Positions 9,738-18,883 of a stretch of 64,000 nucleotides of DNA are shown in pieces (the stretch's first letter is position 1; each line of letters begins with the position of its first letter). The position numbers were made by a program, and so were the translations under genes. The notes beneath the pieces are model-generated. The model was not told the DNA's origin and did no database searches. It saw nothing but the letters and a program-made list of their open reading frames with translations. Origin of the DNA: an uncultured virus (IMG/VR IMGVR_UViG_3300027769_000001) (Duplodnaviria; Heunggongvirae; Uroviricota; Caudoviricetes); the IMG/VR virus record IMGVR_UViG_3300027769_000001; one strand, written 5' to 3'.

Positions 9738-10410
9738 ACGCATCCAAGGGCTACCCAAGTACGAATTTCTTCGATCCCACGACAAGGACGGCAATCGTAC
9801 TTACGCCACACCCATCGGACAGTGCAGCTCAGTCACCACCATCTTGTCAAACACGCGAGACAACACGCGATTACTGGAGTGGCGCGAGTCTATCGGTGAA
9901 GTCCGCGCCGATTTCATCACCTCCATGGCCAGCTTTCGAGGTACCCGCCACCACGACAACATCGAGCGCTACCTCACGGACGGCACCGAGCCTGGATTCG
10001 ACTTCCTCAACACGCCCTACTGGAAAAGCAGCCGAGCCTTTTTGGATCGAATCGATAAACCGCTTGTGCTAGAAGGTGCTGTTTTTCACCCTCTTCGTTA
10101 TTCCGGTGCGTTTGATTGCATCGCTTACATGGACGATGATGGTACACAGCCCACTTTGCTTGATTGGAAAACTGCAGATAGCATACGTAAACCCAACAAG
10201 ATGTACGAGTACAGCTTGCAGGTAGCTGCTTACACTGCCGCTGCCAACTATGTTTACGCCAATCAAGGGCTCAACATAACTAGAGCTTTTATCGTTGTAG
10301 CTATGCCCGATCAAGCTCCGCAGATCGAAGAACTCGCACCCCGTCAGCTTCAGCAGTATATGCAGCATTTCGAGGCCAGGATCAAGTGCTTTACCCGAGC
10401 CCGCGCATGA
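9727..10410 (+). CDS. PD-(D/E)XK exonuclease
   Basis: SVTTIL, RGTRHH, YSGAFDC, LLDWKT, LQVAAY. Confidence 0.85.
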   Translation: MTAERIQGLPKYEFLRSHDKDGNRTYATPIGQCSSVTTILSNTRDNTRLLEWRESIGEVRADFITSMASFRGTRHHDNIERYLTDGTEPGFDFLNTPYWKSSRAFLDRIDKPLVLEGAVFHPLRYSGAFDCIAYMDDDGTQPTLLDWKTADSIRKPNKMYEYSLQVAAYTAAANYVYANQGLNITRAFIVVAMPDQAPQIEELAPRQLQQYMQHFEARIKCFTRARA

Positions 10411-10799
10411 AAAAGTCAACGTTTATGCATTCATTTGTCAGTAATGTGATCGGCGGTTCCGCGCTTACACAGAGAAGCATTGCGCTAGGTATCGATATTT
10501 TGCATATGGAGGACTCAGAGGTAGACGATATAACATCCGAAATATACGAAGAGTTAACTAAAAAGCTAGGATTAAATTTTGACCAGATTAGCTACGATAC
10601 ATTAGTATCCATACTTCGCTTATTAAGCGAACCTAATGTAATGGTTATCCATAAAAAGCGGCTATCCCGCATACTATGGAAAATCCTAGGAGATCCTACT
10701 AACAACGGCGATACTCCACCTCCAGTCTATGCAGTTGCCGCTAACTGTATATATAACTGGATGCTAGCTTCACTTAAACCAACTTACGACGTTCCCTAA
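10407..10799 (+). CDS. Hypothetical protein (AT-rich)
   Basis: ATGA overlap with upstream gene; fills the operon gap. Confidence 0.55.
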   Translation: MKKSTFMHSFVSNVIGGSALTQRSIALGIDILHMEDSEVDDITSEIYEELTKKLGLNFDQISYDTLVSILRLLSEPNVMVIHKKRLSRILWKILGDPTNNGDTPPPVYAVAANCIYNWMLASLKPTYDVP

Positions 10800-10801
10800 T
10801 C

Positions 10802-11392
10802 ATGCTCATTGGTATCTATTCTCCCGTAGCTGGTTCCGGCAAATCCACAGTCGCCGACTACCTAATTACCAACCACAATTTTACTAGGCTCAGTTTTGCC
10901 GAACCCATAAAGGAAATGGTCCGCATACTCCTAGAAAACTTCGGCTATAGCCCACACAGCGCGCACCACATGCTCTACACATGTAAGCACGCCCCGATCC
11001 CCGAGATCGATTACCGCGTAGATGCTCGCCATCTACTTCGCACCCTCGGAACCGAATGGGGCCGGCAGTGCGTGCACCCCGAGATCTGGCTCCGCTGCTG
11101 GACTGCCCGTTACAGGCGCCTCATTGCTGATGGCTATGAGAACATTGTTGTTGACGACATGCGCTTCCTCAACGAAGCTGCTCTGCTATATGGTTCTAGC
11201 GCCGAACTATGGGCAATCACGCGCCCCGGCGTCGAAGGCTCGACAGAACACGCCTCCGAGGGCGGGCTCGATTTTATGCTCCCACCTAATGACAGCACTA
11301 ACGATTCCTCAATGAGTTTCACCCAAATCCTCGACAACTCTGGAACTTTAGACGAGCTCTACTCTCAAATCGACAATTTACTCACTCTTTAA
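10802..11392 (+). CDS. Deoxynucleoside monophosphate kinase
   Basis: GSGKST, FAEPIK, R.LLRTLGTEWGR, DDMRFLNE, HASE. Confidence 0.88.
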   Translation: MLIGIYSPVAGSGKSTVADYLITNHNFTRLSFAEPIKEMVRILLENFGYSPHSAHHMLYTCKHAPIPEIDYRVDARHLLRTLGTEWGRQCVHPEIWLRCWTARYRRLIADGYENIVVDDMRFLNEAALLYGSSAELWAITRPGVEGSTEHASEGGLDFMLPPNDSTNDSSMSFTQILDNSGTLDELYSQIDNLLTL

Positions 11393-11399
11393 CCATCCA

Positions 11400-11603
11400 G
11401 TGGACCAACACCTAGCTGACATAATCCCTAAATACATGCGCCTGACCTCAAGTGCATCCGCCGAAACCATCCGACGCAACCCAGTCACCGCCGACTACAG
11501 CGACACCTACTTCAAACTCGCCCGTATGCACGGAACCGCCCACGCCAGGGCCTGGCTCCTCGGCTCCCTCGTTCGCGACAGCTCAGGCATTACTACCACC
11601 TGA
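11400..11603 (+). CDS. Hypothetical protein
   Basis: 67-aa ORF within operon. Confidence 0.5.
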   Translation: MDQHLADIIPKYMRLTSSASAETIRRNPVTADYSDTYFKLARMHGTAHARAWLLGSLVRDSSGITTT

Positions 11604-11730
11604 AGAGCTCGGTCCTCTGATCAACCAAACCTGGAACGGCGACCTGACGCTCAGCCTTAATCTACGCACTGTGGTGTACACAGCTCTTGAGCTTGCCCTT
11701 GCTCGGCACGTCGCACAACACCAATAAGCA

Positions 11731-12621
11731 ATGTCGGACTCCATCACTCAGTACCTAAACGACATTGCGAGACACCCAATCCTGTCCCGCGAAGCACAGC
11801 TACGCCACGCTTACCGCGTGCAGGCATGGGTCAACTACACACCACCAGGCGCCACCGAGCCCGACCGCACCGCCGCACCCCGCCACATCGTCCGAGCTGG
11901 CAGCCGCTCCCTTGATGTCATGGTGCGCACCAACCTGCGCCTCGTTGTCCATCTTGCCAAGCGCTACCAGAACCGAGGCCTCGACCTTTCCGATCTCATC
12001 CAGGAAGGCAGCTTCGGTCTCATCCGCGGCATCGAGCTGTTTGACCCAACCCGCGGCTACGCCTTCAGCACCTACAGCTACTGGTGGATCCGCCAGTCCA
12101 TCACCCGCGCCATCTACAACAGCTCCCGCACCATCCGCCTACCGATCAACGTTCAAGACCTGGTTGTCAAAATACGCCGCTTCATCAACGAATACACCGC
12201 AGTCCACGGCACGGCTCCCTCTATCACACTCATCGCAACCCACACCGACCTACCCCCCGAACGCATCACCGACGTTCTCCTTGCCACCTCCGTTACCGAC
12301 TGCGTCTCCATAGACGCGTTATGCATGCGCAACGAAGCCCCAATCTTGGAGGTCCTATCCGCCGCATCCCCAACAACGGCTGAATCCCCCGAACTTGACC
12401 TTTTCACCACCGAGCGCGACATCCTCCTGGAAAGGGCCCTGGTAAAGCTCCCCGAAACAGAGCGGCGTATCGTGCAGGTACTCCACTTCGAAAGCGGCAC
12501 TCTCCAGCAGCTATCCACCGAGCTCGGCATTAGCCGCCACCGCGTATCCACCATGTACAAGCACGCTCTCCAACGCCTCCGTTCGGAGCTCGTCTTTAAC
12601 TGGGACGTGTTTACTGAATAA
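11731..12621 (+). CDS. RNA polymerase sigma factor, RpoD/sigma70 family
   Basis: NLRLVV.LAKRYQNRGL...DLIQEG..GL...FDPTRGY.FSTY.YWWIRQSITRA; region 4 HTH. Confidence 0.93.
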   Translation: MSDSITQYLNDIARHPILSREAQLRHAYRVQAWVNYTPPGATEPDRTAAPRHIVRAGSRSLDVMVRTNLRLVVHLAKRYQNRGLDLSDLIQEGSFGLIRGIELFDPTRGYAFSTYSYWWIRQSITRAIYNSSRTIRLPINVQDLVVKIRRFINEYTAVHGTAPSITLIATHTDLPPERITDVLLATSVTDCVSIDALCMRNEAPILEVLSAASPTTAESPELDLFTTERDILLERALVKLPETERRIVQVLHFESGTLQQLSTELGISRHRVSTMYKHALQRLRSELVFNWDVFTE

Positions 12622-12625
12622 AGAC

Positions 12626-12820
12626 ATGAGTAAACATCCCATACGCCCCCTACGTTTTTATGAGATGTGGATGCTTCGCCTATTAGCGAGCAGTCCTCGT
12701 ATTGACAAAATTGTAGTTATACAGCACAACCCCAACGAAGAACTGCCCCCTATTAACACTAAAGAATACGTGATTCAAAGGTTAGAGCGCTTATATCACT
12801 CTGATTTCACAGACAGATAA
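12626..12820 (+). CDS. Hypothetical protein
   Basis: 64-aa ORF after the sigma factor. Confidence 0.5.
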   Translation: MSKHPIRPLRFYEMWMLRLLASSPRIDKIVVIQHNPNEELPPINTKEYVIQRLERLYHSDFTDR

Positions 12821-12878
12821 CGCGTACATATATATACATTTTTTCTCTACCAGGCCCCCGACATGTAGTACTAAGCCC

Positions 12879-12969
12879 AGTCTCACCTGAGACACAGGGC
12901 TGGACTCACGCGAGACTCAGTGAGACGCAAGTCACTCACATGAGACACATGAGACTCATCTGAGACACT
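12879..12969. repeat. Phased TGAGAC(A/T)CA repeat array
   Basis: Degenerate copies at 12888, 12901, 12911, 12921, 12931, 12941, 12950, 12961 (~10-bp period); inverted copy at 12879. Confidence 0.8.
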
Positions 12970-13287
12970 TGACCCCTCGCCCCGGCCGTGCCATACTGGG
13001 CTCACGCGCGCATGATGCGCGTTTCCTTCCCTCGTCTCACAGCCTCTCCGGCGGATTGCTTGACACATCGCCCGTTCTGTGCTCTACAATGGGGGGACCA
13101 ACCGGACCGGCGGCAGCCGCTCAACCGGACCGGTTGGTTGACAGGTCACCCGATCTGTGCATACAATGGGGGGACCCATCCAACCGGCCTGTAGAGCCTA
13201 GACCCCTGGTCAGCTCTCCCCGGGACGGGTGTGGCAACCCATCCCCCCTCCGGAGGGGTTGACAGGTCACCCGATCTGTGCAAACCT
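12969..13287 (+). promoter_or_regulatory. Four tandem sigma70-type promoters
   Basis: TTGACC-17-CATACT (12969), TTGACA-19-TACAAT (13060), TTGACA-18-TACAAT (13138), TTGACA-17-AAACCT (13259); shared TGTGC/GTGC before the -10. Confidence 0.75.
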
Positions 13288-13293
13288 AAATCA

Positions 13294-13953
13294 CGTCAAA
13301 CGACCTGAGCCTATGCGTTAAGTGCCTCTGATTGAGACGCGGCGGGATGCCGCGCAAACCTACTGATACAGGTGACGTGTGTCCCCTGGTCTCATCGCGA
13401 ATCCCTCCGCCTCAGGGCGCTTGGCGGCTAGCGAGCACAGAGACTGGATCGCACTGATCTGAATCGACCGATCCCCCCAGGGAAGGTAGCCAGAGTGTGG
13501 AGGGAGCTGCAATGCTCCTCCGTCAAAGGACGCGACGACGCCCTCGCAGGGAAAAAGCGCCCACACCAGCAGCCTCAGCCGTCAAAGCCAGTCACCCGTG
13601 AGGTGACCAAGGTGGACCCGCTGTGCTTGCTCCTATTCCGTAAGGCCCTCGGCGATGCGTATCTTCATCCTCTCCCCCCATCTCCGGGTAGAGCGTGAGA
13701 ACTTGAGAATCCCATACGTCAATGCGTGATAGCTGTGTCTCACAGCCGGTAACGCAGCACCTCTATGGGCCAGGTTCAGAGCGTCTTAGGTGGTACGGGT
13801 TAGGACAATACTGGGAAACATACTCCCGGCTAGGTGATACCTAGCAGCGGTCGCCGTGTGTCGACCGTGGCAATGGGCATAAGGCTCTGCCCAACACACC
13901 CAAACCATCTCTCCCAGAAGTTCCCCCTGGCGCACTGCGTCCGGGGGTCTTTT
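13294..13953 (+). ncRNA. Putative large structured non-coding RNA (~650 nt), family unassigned
   Basis: No convincing ORF; more than 10 hairpins including nested helices; lies between promoter array and terminator. Confidence 0.6.
13923..13953 (+). terminator. Intrinsic terminator
   Basis: CCCCCTGGCGCACTGCGTCCGGGGG hairpin followed by TCTTTT. Confidence 0.7.
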
Positions 13954-14005
13954 GGCTGAGGTGCTTTCACCTCTCCACCCTCAAGCTGTGCTCAGCATCC
14001 GACCT

Positions 14006-14299
14006 ATGTACCGCAACGCCTGGTTTCAAGGCCGCAACTCCCGCCGCCAACTCCCACCCGAGTGCGTCGCCGACTGCTCCGGCTCCGGTGACCGCACCGC
14101 CGATGTCGCCGCTTGGGTCCGCCGTCTCGACTTCGACGGCCCCGCCTGGCTTTTCCGCGAATACCTCCGCGAGTTCGGCGCATGGGACCGCTCTGACCTC
14201 TGCGACCACAACGCCAACCGCGAACGCGTCCTCTGGACGTGGGCCTGCAACTGCGCCGAAGAACCCGGCGCCTACGACTACCTCTATCTCGGAATCTGA
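14006..14299 (+). CDS. Hypothetical early protein
   Basis: C-ending codon bias; YLREFGAWD motif. Confidence 0.65.
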   Translation: MYRNAWFQGRNSRRQLPPECVADCSGSGDRTADVAAWVRRLDFDGPAWLFREYLREFGAWDRSDLCDHNANRERVLWTWACNCAEEPGAYDYLYLGI

Positions 14300-14301
14300 C
14301 C

Positions 14302-14505
14302 ATGCGCCCCGACTACGCCACCCCCGAGGACTTCGCCAAGTGGCGCGCCCACGCCGAAACCCTCGACACCCACGCCCTCAAATGGTCCATCGCTGACTGC
14401 CGCCAAGCAGCCCGCAACCTCCGCGACTTCAACCCAGTCCGCGAGGGCTACTACGAGGACCAAGCCTTCACCTACGCCGACGAACTCGCCCGCCGCTCCC
14501 GCTAA
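14302..14505 (+). CDS. Hypothetical early protein
   Basis: Tightly packed ORF; EGYYEDQAFTYADEL. Confidence 0.65.
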   Translation: MRPDYATPEDFAKWRAHAETLDTHALKWSIADCRQAARNLRDFNPVREGYYEDQAFTYADELARRSR

Positions 14506-14507
14506 CC

Positions 14508-14672
14508 ATGCTGACCTTCACCATCTCCTGGTCCAATCCCTCCGGCAAGTTCGGCTGGACCGACATCACCGAATGCGTCGACATGGAAGACGCCATAGAG
14601 CACTTCAACACCCACGTCCTAGGTGTGGAAACACCTGCCGACATCACCATCGACCGCATCCGCCGCCACTGA
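14508..14672 (+). CDS. Hypothetical early protein (54 aa)
   Basis: MLTFTISWSNPSG...; fills the gap exactly. Confidence 0.55.
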   Translation: MLTFTISWSNPSGKFGWTDITECVDMEDAIEHFNTHVLGVETPADITIDRIRRH

Positions 14673-14673
14673 C

Positions 14674-14958
14674 ATGACGCTAATCATCGACATCTGTTCC
14701 GGCACTGTGCTCGCCGCCGAGCACTGCGTTCTGGTCCCTGACGAGGCCCTAACCGAGGCCGAATGGGAGGAGCTCGACACCATGTCCGACAGCGAGGTGA
14801 GCGACCTCGCCCGAGAGCGTGGCCGCCCCGTCCTGCCCGAGACACAAGCCCTCGACGCCGTGGCGGAGTTGCTCTCCGCCGCGGACTGGTCATCCGACCA
14901 CATCGAAGCCGTGGCCGAAATGGTCCGGGCCACCGGCCGCACCATCGCCGACGTTTGA
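14674..14958 (+). CDS. Hypothetical acidic protein
   Basis: Tightly packed ORF. Confidence 0.6.
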   Translation: MTLIIDICSGTVLAAEHCVLVPDEALTEAEWEELDTMSDSEVSDLARERGRPVLPETQALDAVAELLSAADWSSDHIEAVAEMVRATGRTIADV

Positions 14959-14964
14959 CCCACC

Positions 14965-15666
14965 ATGCAGTACAACCCCAACGGCTACATCCTCTACGAG
15001 GGCCCCTCACCCATCGACGGCGCCCCGATCGTCTGCATCGTCACCGGTATCACCGACACCACCGACAACGGCAAGACCGGCGCGATGCTCCAAACCTGGA
15101 TCCTCCGCCAAGACATCGCCCCCAACGTCGGCTACCGCGACGGCTCCAACATCTCCGTCTGCGGCGGCTGCACCCACTTCGTCCAGAAAACCTGCTACGT
15201 CCTCTGGTACCAGGCGCCCCTCAGCGTCTGGAAGTGCTACAAGCGCGGCGGCTACGCCCCCCTCCCCAGCTACTCCGTCTTCACCGACCGCATCCTCCGC
15301 ATCGGCTCCGCCGGTGACCCCTTCTGCGTCCCCGAGCACGTCTGGCGCTCCGCCCTCCACGAGGTCGCCGGTCACACGGGCTACACCGCCCAATGGCGCC
15401 GCCCCGCCGCCCAGGGCTACCGCGAGTTCCTCCAAGCCTCGTGCCACGGAATGCGCGACTACCTCGACGCCACCGCCCACGGCTGGCAGCCCTACCTCGT
15501 AGTCCCCAAAGGTGAGCCCCTCCCCGCTGGTGTAACCCTTTGCCCCGCCTCCGAGGAAGCCGGTCACGCCACAACGTGCTCCGCCTGCCTCGCTTGCGAC
15601 GGCACCACCGGCGCTTACGGCATCCCCGCTCACGGCACCCGTGCCGCCTCCTTCACCTCTAAGTGA
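14965..15666 (+). CDS. Conserved Cys-containing phage protein (possible Fe-S/metal binding)
   Basis: NGKTGAMLQTWILR, CGGC..CY, LRIGSAGDP, HTGYT.QW, CPAS..CSACLACDG. Confidence 0.65.
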   Translation: MQYNPNGYILYEGPSPIDGAPIVCIVTGITDTTDNGKTGAMLQTWILRQDIAPNVGYRDGSNISVCGGCTHFVQKTCYVLWYQAPLSVWKCYKRGGYAPLPSYSVFTDRILRIGSAGDPFCVPEHVWRSALHEVAGHTGYTAQWRRPAAQGYREFLQASCHGMRDYLDATAHGWQPYLVVPKGEPLPAGVTLCPASEEAGHATTCSACLACDGTTGAYGIPAHGTRAASFTSK

Positions 15667-15667
15667 C

Positions 15668-15877
15668 ATGACTCCCCCACGTCCCTGCCACACCCGCACC
15701 CGTGCCACCCGCCGCCAGCGGTGGACCCAGCTCACCATCGAGCACGGCATCGGCTTCCTCTGCGGCCTGGCTCTAGCCGCCATGGCAATCGACTACGGCC
15801 GCCGCGAAGCTTCACCCACCCCGAAGTCCATCCCCTCTCACGCCGCCCGCACCCTCACCACCTACCCCGGCCCATGA
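15668..15877 (+). CDS. Small membrane protein
   Basis: Hydrophobic segment GIGFLCGLALAAMAI. Confidence 0.5.
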   Translation: MTPPRPCHTRTRATRRQRWTQLTIEHGIGFLCGLALAAMAIDYGRREASPTPKSIPSHAARTLTTYPGP

Positions 15878-16140
15878 GCTACCGCATCACCATCGACTTT
15901 GTCGATCCCGCCCCCGAGGTCGCCGCCCACCTCGTCCAGTTCGCCTACAGCGAAGACCTCCGCGTAGCCGTAATCCAAGCCGACGGTGCGGGCTACCGCG
16001 TCGTCTGGGACGCCCACGGCGACTTCGCCCCCCTATCCGACTACATCTCCCACTGCCTAGACGAGTGCCATGCACACATACAGGCCCACGCACCTGCATG
16101 GGCCGAAGCACACGCGCAGTATTTAGAGCTAGACGACTAG
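15874..16140 (+). CDS. Hypothetical protein
   Basis: ATGA overlap with upstream gene. Confidence 0.55.
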   Translation: MSYRITIDFVDPAPEVAAHLVQFAYSEDLRVAVIQADGAGYRVVWDAHGDFAPLSDYISHCLDECHAHIQAHAPAWAEAHAQYLELDD

Positions 16141-16145
16141 ATTCC

Positions 16146-16174
16146 TTGCGCTCTTCACGCAAACGTGCCAAACT
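16146..16174 (+). promoter_or_regulatory. Sigma70-type promoter candidate
   Basis: TTGCGC-17-CAAACT, sharing CGTGCCA.ACT with the 12969 promoter. Confidence 0.45.
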
Positions 16175-16194
16175 CCACCTGTTCCCTCACCCCT

Positions 16195-16533
16195 ATGCAA
16201 GTCCGCAACACCCGCACCTACAGCCCCACCGGCACCGTCGGCCGCCGCCTCTCCAAGGCCTACGCCGTCCAGCTCGAATCACAGCGCCTAACCGCCGAGC
16301 TCACCGCTCACCGCCAATGGCTCTGCACCCGCATGGTGCAGCTCAACATCGACCGCATCGAGCACGGCGACCTAGTCGTCACCCGCAAAGTCCGCCACAA
16401 CTGGACCTACACCCCCGAAACCGAGGCCGCCATGCTCGCCCTCCGCAAGATCCAAGACCGTGAGCAGGCCGAAGGCCTCGCCACCGACACCCCCACCACC
16501 TACGTCTCCCTCTCTTCTCGCTACCAGCCATGA
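16195..16533 (+). CDS. Hypothetical protein
   Basis: Strong C-ending codon bias. Confidence 0.6.
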   Translation: MQVRNTRTYSPTGTVGRRLSKAYAVQLESQRLTAELTAHRQWLCTRMVQLNIDRIEHGDLVVTRKVRHNWTYTPETEAAMLALRKIQDREQAEGLATDTPTTYVSLSSRYQP

Positions 16534-16724
16534 CCGACCTCACCCCCACAGAGCTCCACTACACCTGGGTTTCCATCGAGCGCTTCGGTGGCGGCTTCTG
16601 CGAACGCCTTGCCCGCGCCTGGTTCCACGGTGACGACCGCAACAAGGCGCGCCTGAATCAAGCCTTCGAGCACCTCATCACCGAGTTCGGGCCCGGATCG
16701 CGCTTCTACAGCATCGAGTCCTAG
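16530..16724 (+). CDS. Hypothetical protein
   Basis: ERFGGGF..RLA.AWF.GD..N..RL..AF motif of small phage proteins. Confidence 0.6.
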   Translation: MTDLTPTELHYTWVSIERFGGGFCERLARAWFHGDDRNKARLNQAFEHLITEFGPGSRFYSIES

Positions 16725-16727
16725 CCC

Positions 16728-16886
16728 ATGTACCAATTCACCTTTGCCCGCCTCACCACAACCTTTTACGCCGCCCTCATCCAGCGAGTCACAGTTACCG
16801 CCCCCAACAGCGTCGCCGCCTGGTCCATTTTCGAAGCCCTCTACCCCCCAAAACGCTTTGTCGCCTTCACCTGTTTCTATGGCTGA
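16728..16886 (+). CDS. Hypothetical protein (52 aa)
   Basis: MYQFTFARL...; fills the gap. Confidence 0.45.
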   Translation: MYQFTFARLTTTFYAALIQRVTVTAPNSVAAWSIFEALYPPKRFVAFTCFYG

Positions 16887-17136
16887 CTTCCCCCTGCCCA
16901 CCGTGCACCTGAACGGCACCGGCCGCAAGATGCTCAACGACGACTACACAGCCGCCTACTGCGCCCTGCAAACCGCAATCCGCGCCTTCCAAAGCATCGA
17001 GTTCCATGCCCGCGACTATTACACCCAAGGAGTGGACGCCTTCACCCGAGCCCGGCACCACCGCGACACCCAGCTGCAACACCTAGCTGGAGTGCAGCAC
17101 TACCTCGAAACCCACCTGGTGCACCTAGGCGAATGA
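16879..17136 (+). CDS. Hypothetical protein
   Basis: PTVHLNGT...FHARDYYTQG motif. Confidence 0.65.
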   Translation: MADFPLPTVHLNGTGRKMLNDDYTAAYCALQTAIRAFQSIEFHARDYYTQGVDAFTRARHHRDTQLQHLAGVQHYLETHLVHLGE

Positions 17137-17375
17137 ACGACCTCCACCGTCAGTCCTCTGTTCCCGACTACCCAACCCACGCCCACCAATTCGTAGTGGT
17201 CTTCTACGAAGACGGCCGCATCGACTACATGTTTGGCCCCTTTCCAACGAAAGCCGAGGCCGATACCTGGGCCCGCGCGTTCAACAAACGCTATGCCCGC
17301 GACGGCGAGCGTTGCCGCTACAGCCGCCGCACCATCTGCCCCGTCTGCGAAGCCCTCCCGCTCACGCCTCTATGA
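17133..17375 (+). CDS. Hypothetical protein
   Basis: ATGA overlap; FGPFPT.AEA..W. Confidence 0.55.
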   Translation: MNDLHRQSSVPDYPTHAHQFVVVFYEDGRIDYMFGPFPTKAEADTWARAFNKRYARDGERCRYSRRTICPVCEALPLTPL

Positions 17376-17396
17376 CTGACTACCGCAGGGGCAGCC

Positions 17397-17714
17397 ATGA
17401 CTGACCCCGCCTTCAACCTGGCCATGGTCCAGATCCACCCCAACTGGTACGACCTCCTCCCCCAAGTAGAGGCCGCCATGGCCGAGGACGCCCGCGTCGA
17501 AGCCCTCCGCTATGCCGCCGGCTGGGAAGCCGACGAAGGCGGCTGGTATTCCCACGACGGCACCCCCGAATCCGACTGGGCCGACGAGGGCCTCCCCTTC
17601 CCCGAGGACGTCGACACCTACACCGCCTGGCACAGCGCCTACTACCACTACGAGGCCCTAGACGTGGGCATCCCACAGCTAGACCCCTACCCCAACGCCC
17701 CGGCCACCGCCTAA
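17397..17714 (+). CDS. Hypothetical acidic protein
   Basis: Codon bias; D/E-rich. Confidence 0.55.
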   Translation: MTDPAFNLAMVQIHPNWYDLLPQVEAAMAEDARVEALRYAAGWEADEGGWYSHDGTPESDWADEGLPFPEDVDTYTAWHSAYYHYEALDVGIPQLDPYPNAPATA

Positions 17715-17775
17715 TCCCCCGGAGGGCTGCGCCTCCGTCATCAACGCAACCCAAACCCAACCGCACTTCACCTCT

Positions 17776-18849
17776 ATGCAGGCCTCACCCAACGCAGTCT
17801 CCACCGCCTACGCCTCCAACGGCACCGGCCCCATGGTCTACGGCCGCTACCGCGACCGCGGCTACGCCGTCAACCCTCTCACCGCCCAACTCGGCACCAT
17901 CGTCCCCGAGAACGCCTCCGCATCCGAAGCCTTCGCCATCGCCGGCCTCGACTGGACCGCAGACCAACGCCCCATCAGCTACATGGGCGCCGATGGCCCC
18001 GTCCAGTCCCCCGACCACTGCGCCATCGTCCGCAGTGACAACGACACCTGCCTAGGCATCCACGGCTCCGGCTACACCCCCGTCCAGAACAGCGCCCTGG
18101 TCAACCTGCTGGACTACCTCCGCGAAGACCTCAAGATCGAAACGGTCCTCTCAATCCGCGAAGGCCGCCGCGTCTTCGCCAGCGCCACCATCAACACCGA
18201 GGCCGAAGTCCTCCCCGGCGACAAAGTCCGCCGCTACCTCCACCTCTTCAACAGCCACGACGGCAGCTCCGGCTTCGGCGTCTTCTTCTCCGACGTCCGC
18301 CTGGCCTGCGCCAACCAGCTCAACTACCTCACCGGCCGCGCCGTCAACCAGGCCACCCTCGAAGGCCACGGACTGCGCCGCAAGCACACCAGTTCCGTCA
18401 CCGCCTTCGCCGAATCCCTCCCGAGCCTGATCGACCTCGAGCGCCGCAGCTTCTCCCAGTCCATGACCGAACTCCGCGCCCTCACCACACTCAAACTCAC
18501 CCCCGAGATCGCCCGCCGCATCCTCGAATCCACCTACTCCGACAAGCTGGACACCCCCATCCGCGACAAAACCACCAAGGACAAGCGCCCCCGCGAACTC
18601 AACGACCTCCCCGAGATCGGCACCATCCGCAGCCACTACTCCGGCACCACCGGCCTGGGCCTCGACATCCCAGGTATCCGCGGCACCGCCTACGCCCTCT
18701 ACAACGCCATCACCCAGTACGAAACCCACGACGCCGGCCGCAATAAGGACTCCACCGAGCGCGCCCGCGCCCGCCTCGAATCCCTCTGGGGCGGCACCAG
18801 CGCCAAGCGCATCGACCGCGCCCGCTCCGCCTGCCTTGCTCTGATCTGA
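17776..18849 (+). CDS. DUF932-family phage/plasmid protein
   Basis: AGLDW, YTPVQN, LFNSHDGSS, VRLACANQL, KHT, GTAYALYNAITQY. Confidence 0.85.
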   Translation: MQASPNAVSTAYASNGTGPMVYGRYRDRGYAVNPLTAQLGTIVPENASASEAFAIAGLDWTADQRPISYMGADGPVQSPDHCAIVRSDNDTCLGIHGSGYTPVQNSALVNLLDYLREDLKIETVLSIREGRRVFASATINTEAEVLPGDKVRRYLHLFNSHDGSSGFGVFFSDVRLACANQLNYLTGRAVNQATLEGHGLRRKHTSSVTAFAESLPSLIDLERRSFSQSMTELRALTTLKLTPEIARRILESTYSDKLDTPIRDKTTKDKRPRELNDLPEIGTIRSHYSGTTGLGLDIPGIRGTAYALYNAITQYETHDAGRNKDSTERARARLESLWGGTSAKRIDRARSACLALI

Positions 18850-18883
18850 TGTCCTCTACTCTTTTACCAGGTGCTCGCGCCCC

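Noticed and set aside
13060..13290. Direct repeats with unique spacers resembling a mini CRISPR array
   Set aside because: Repeats are -35/-10 promoter units, spacing is irregular (78 and 121 bp) and no cas genes are present
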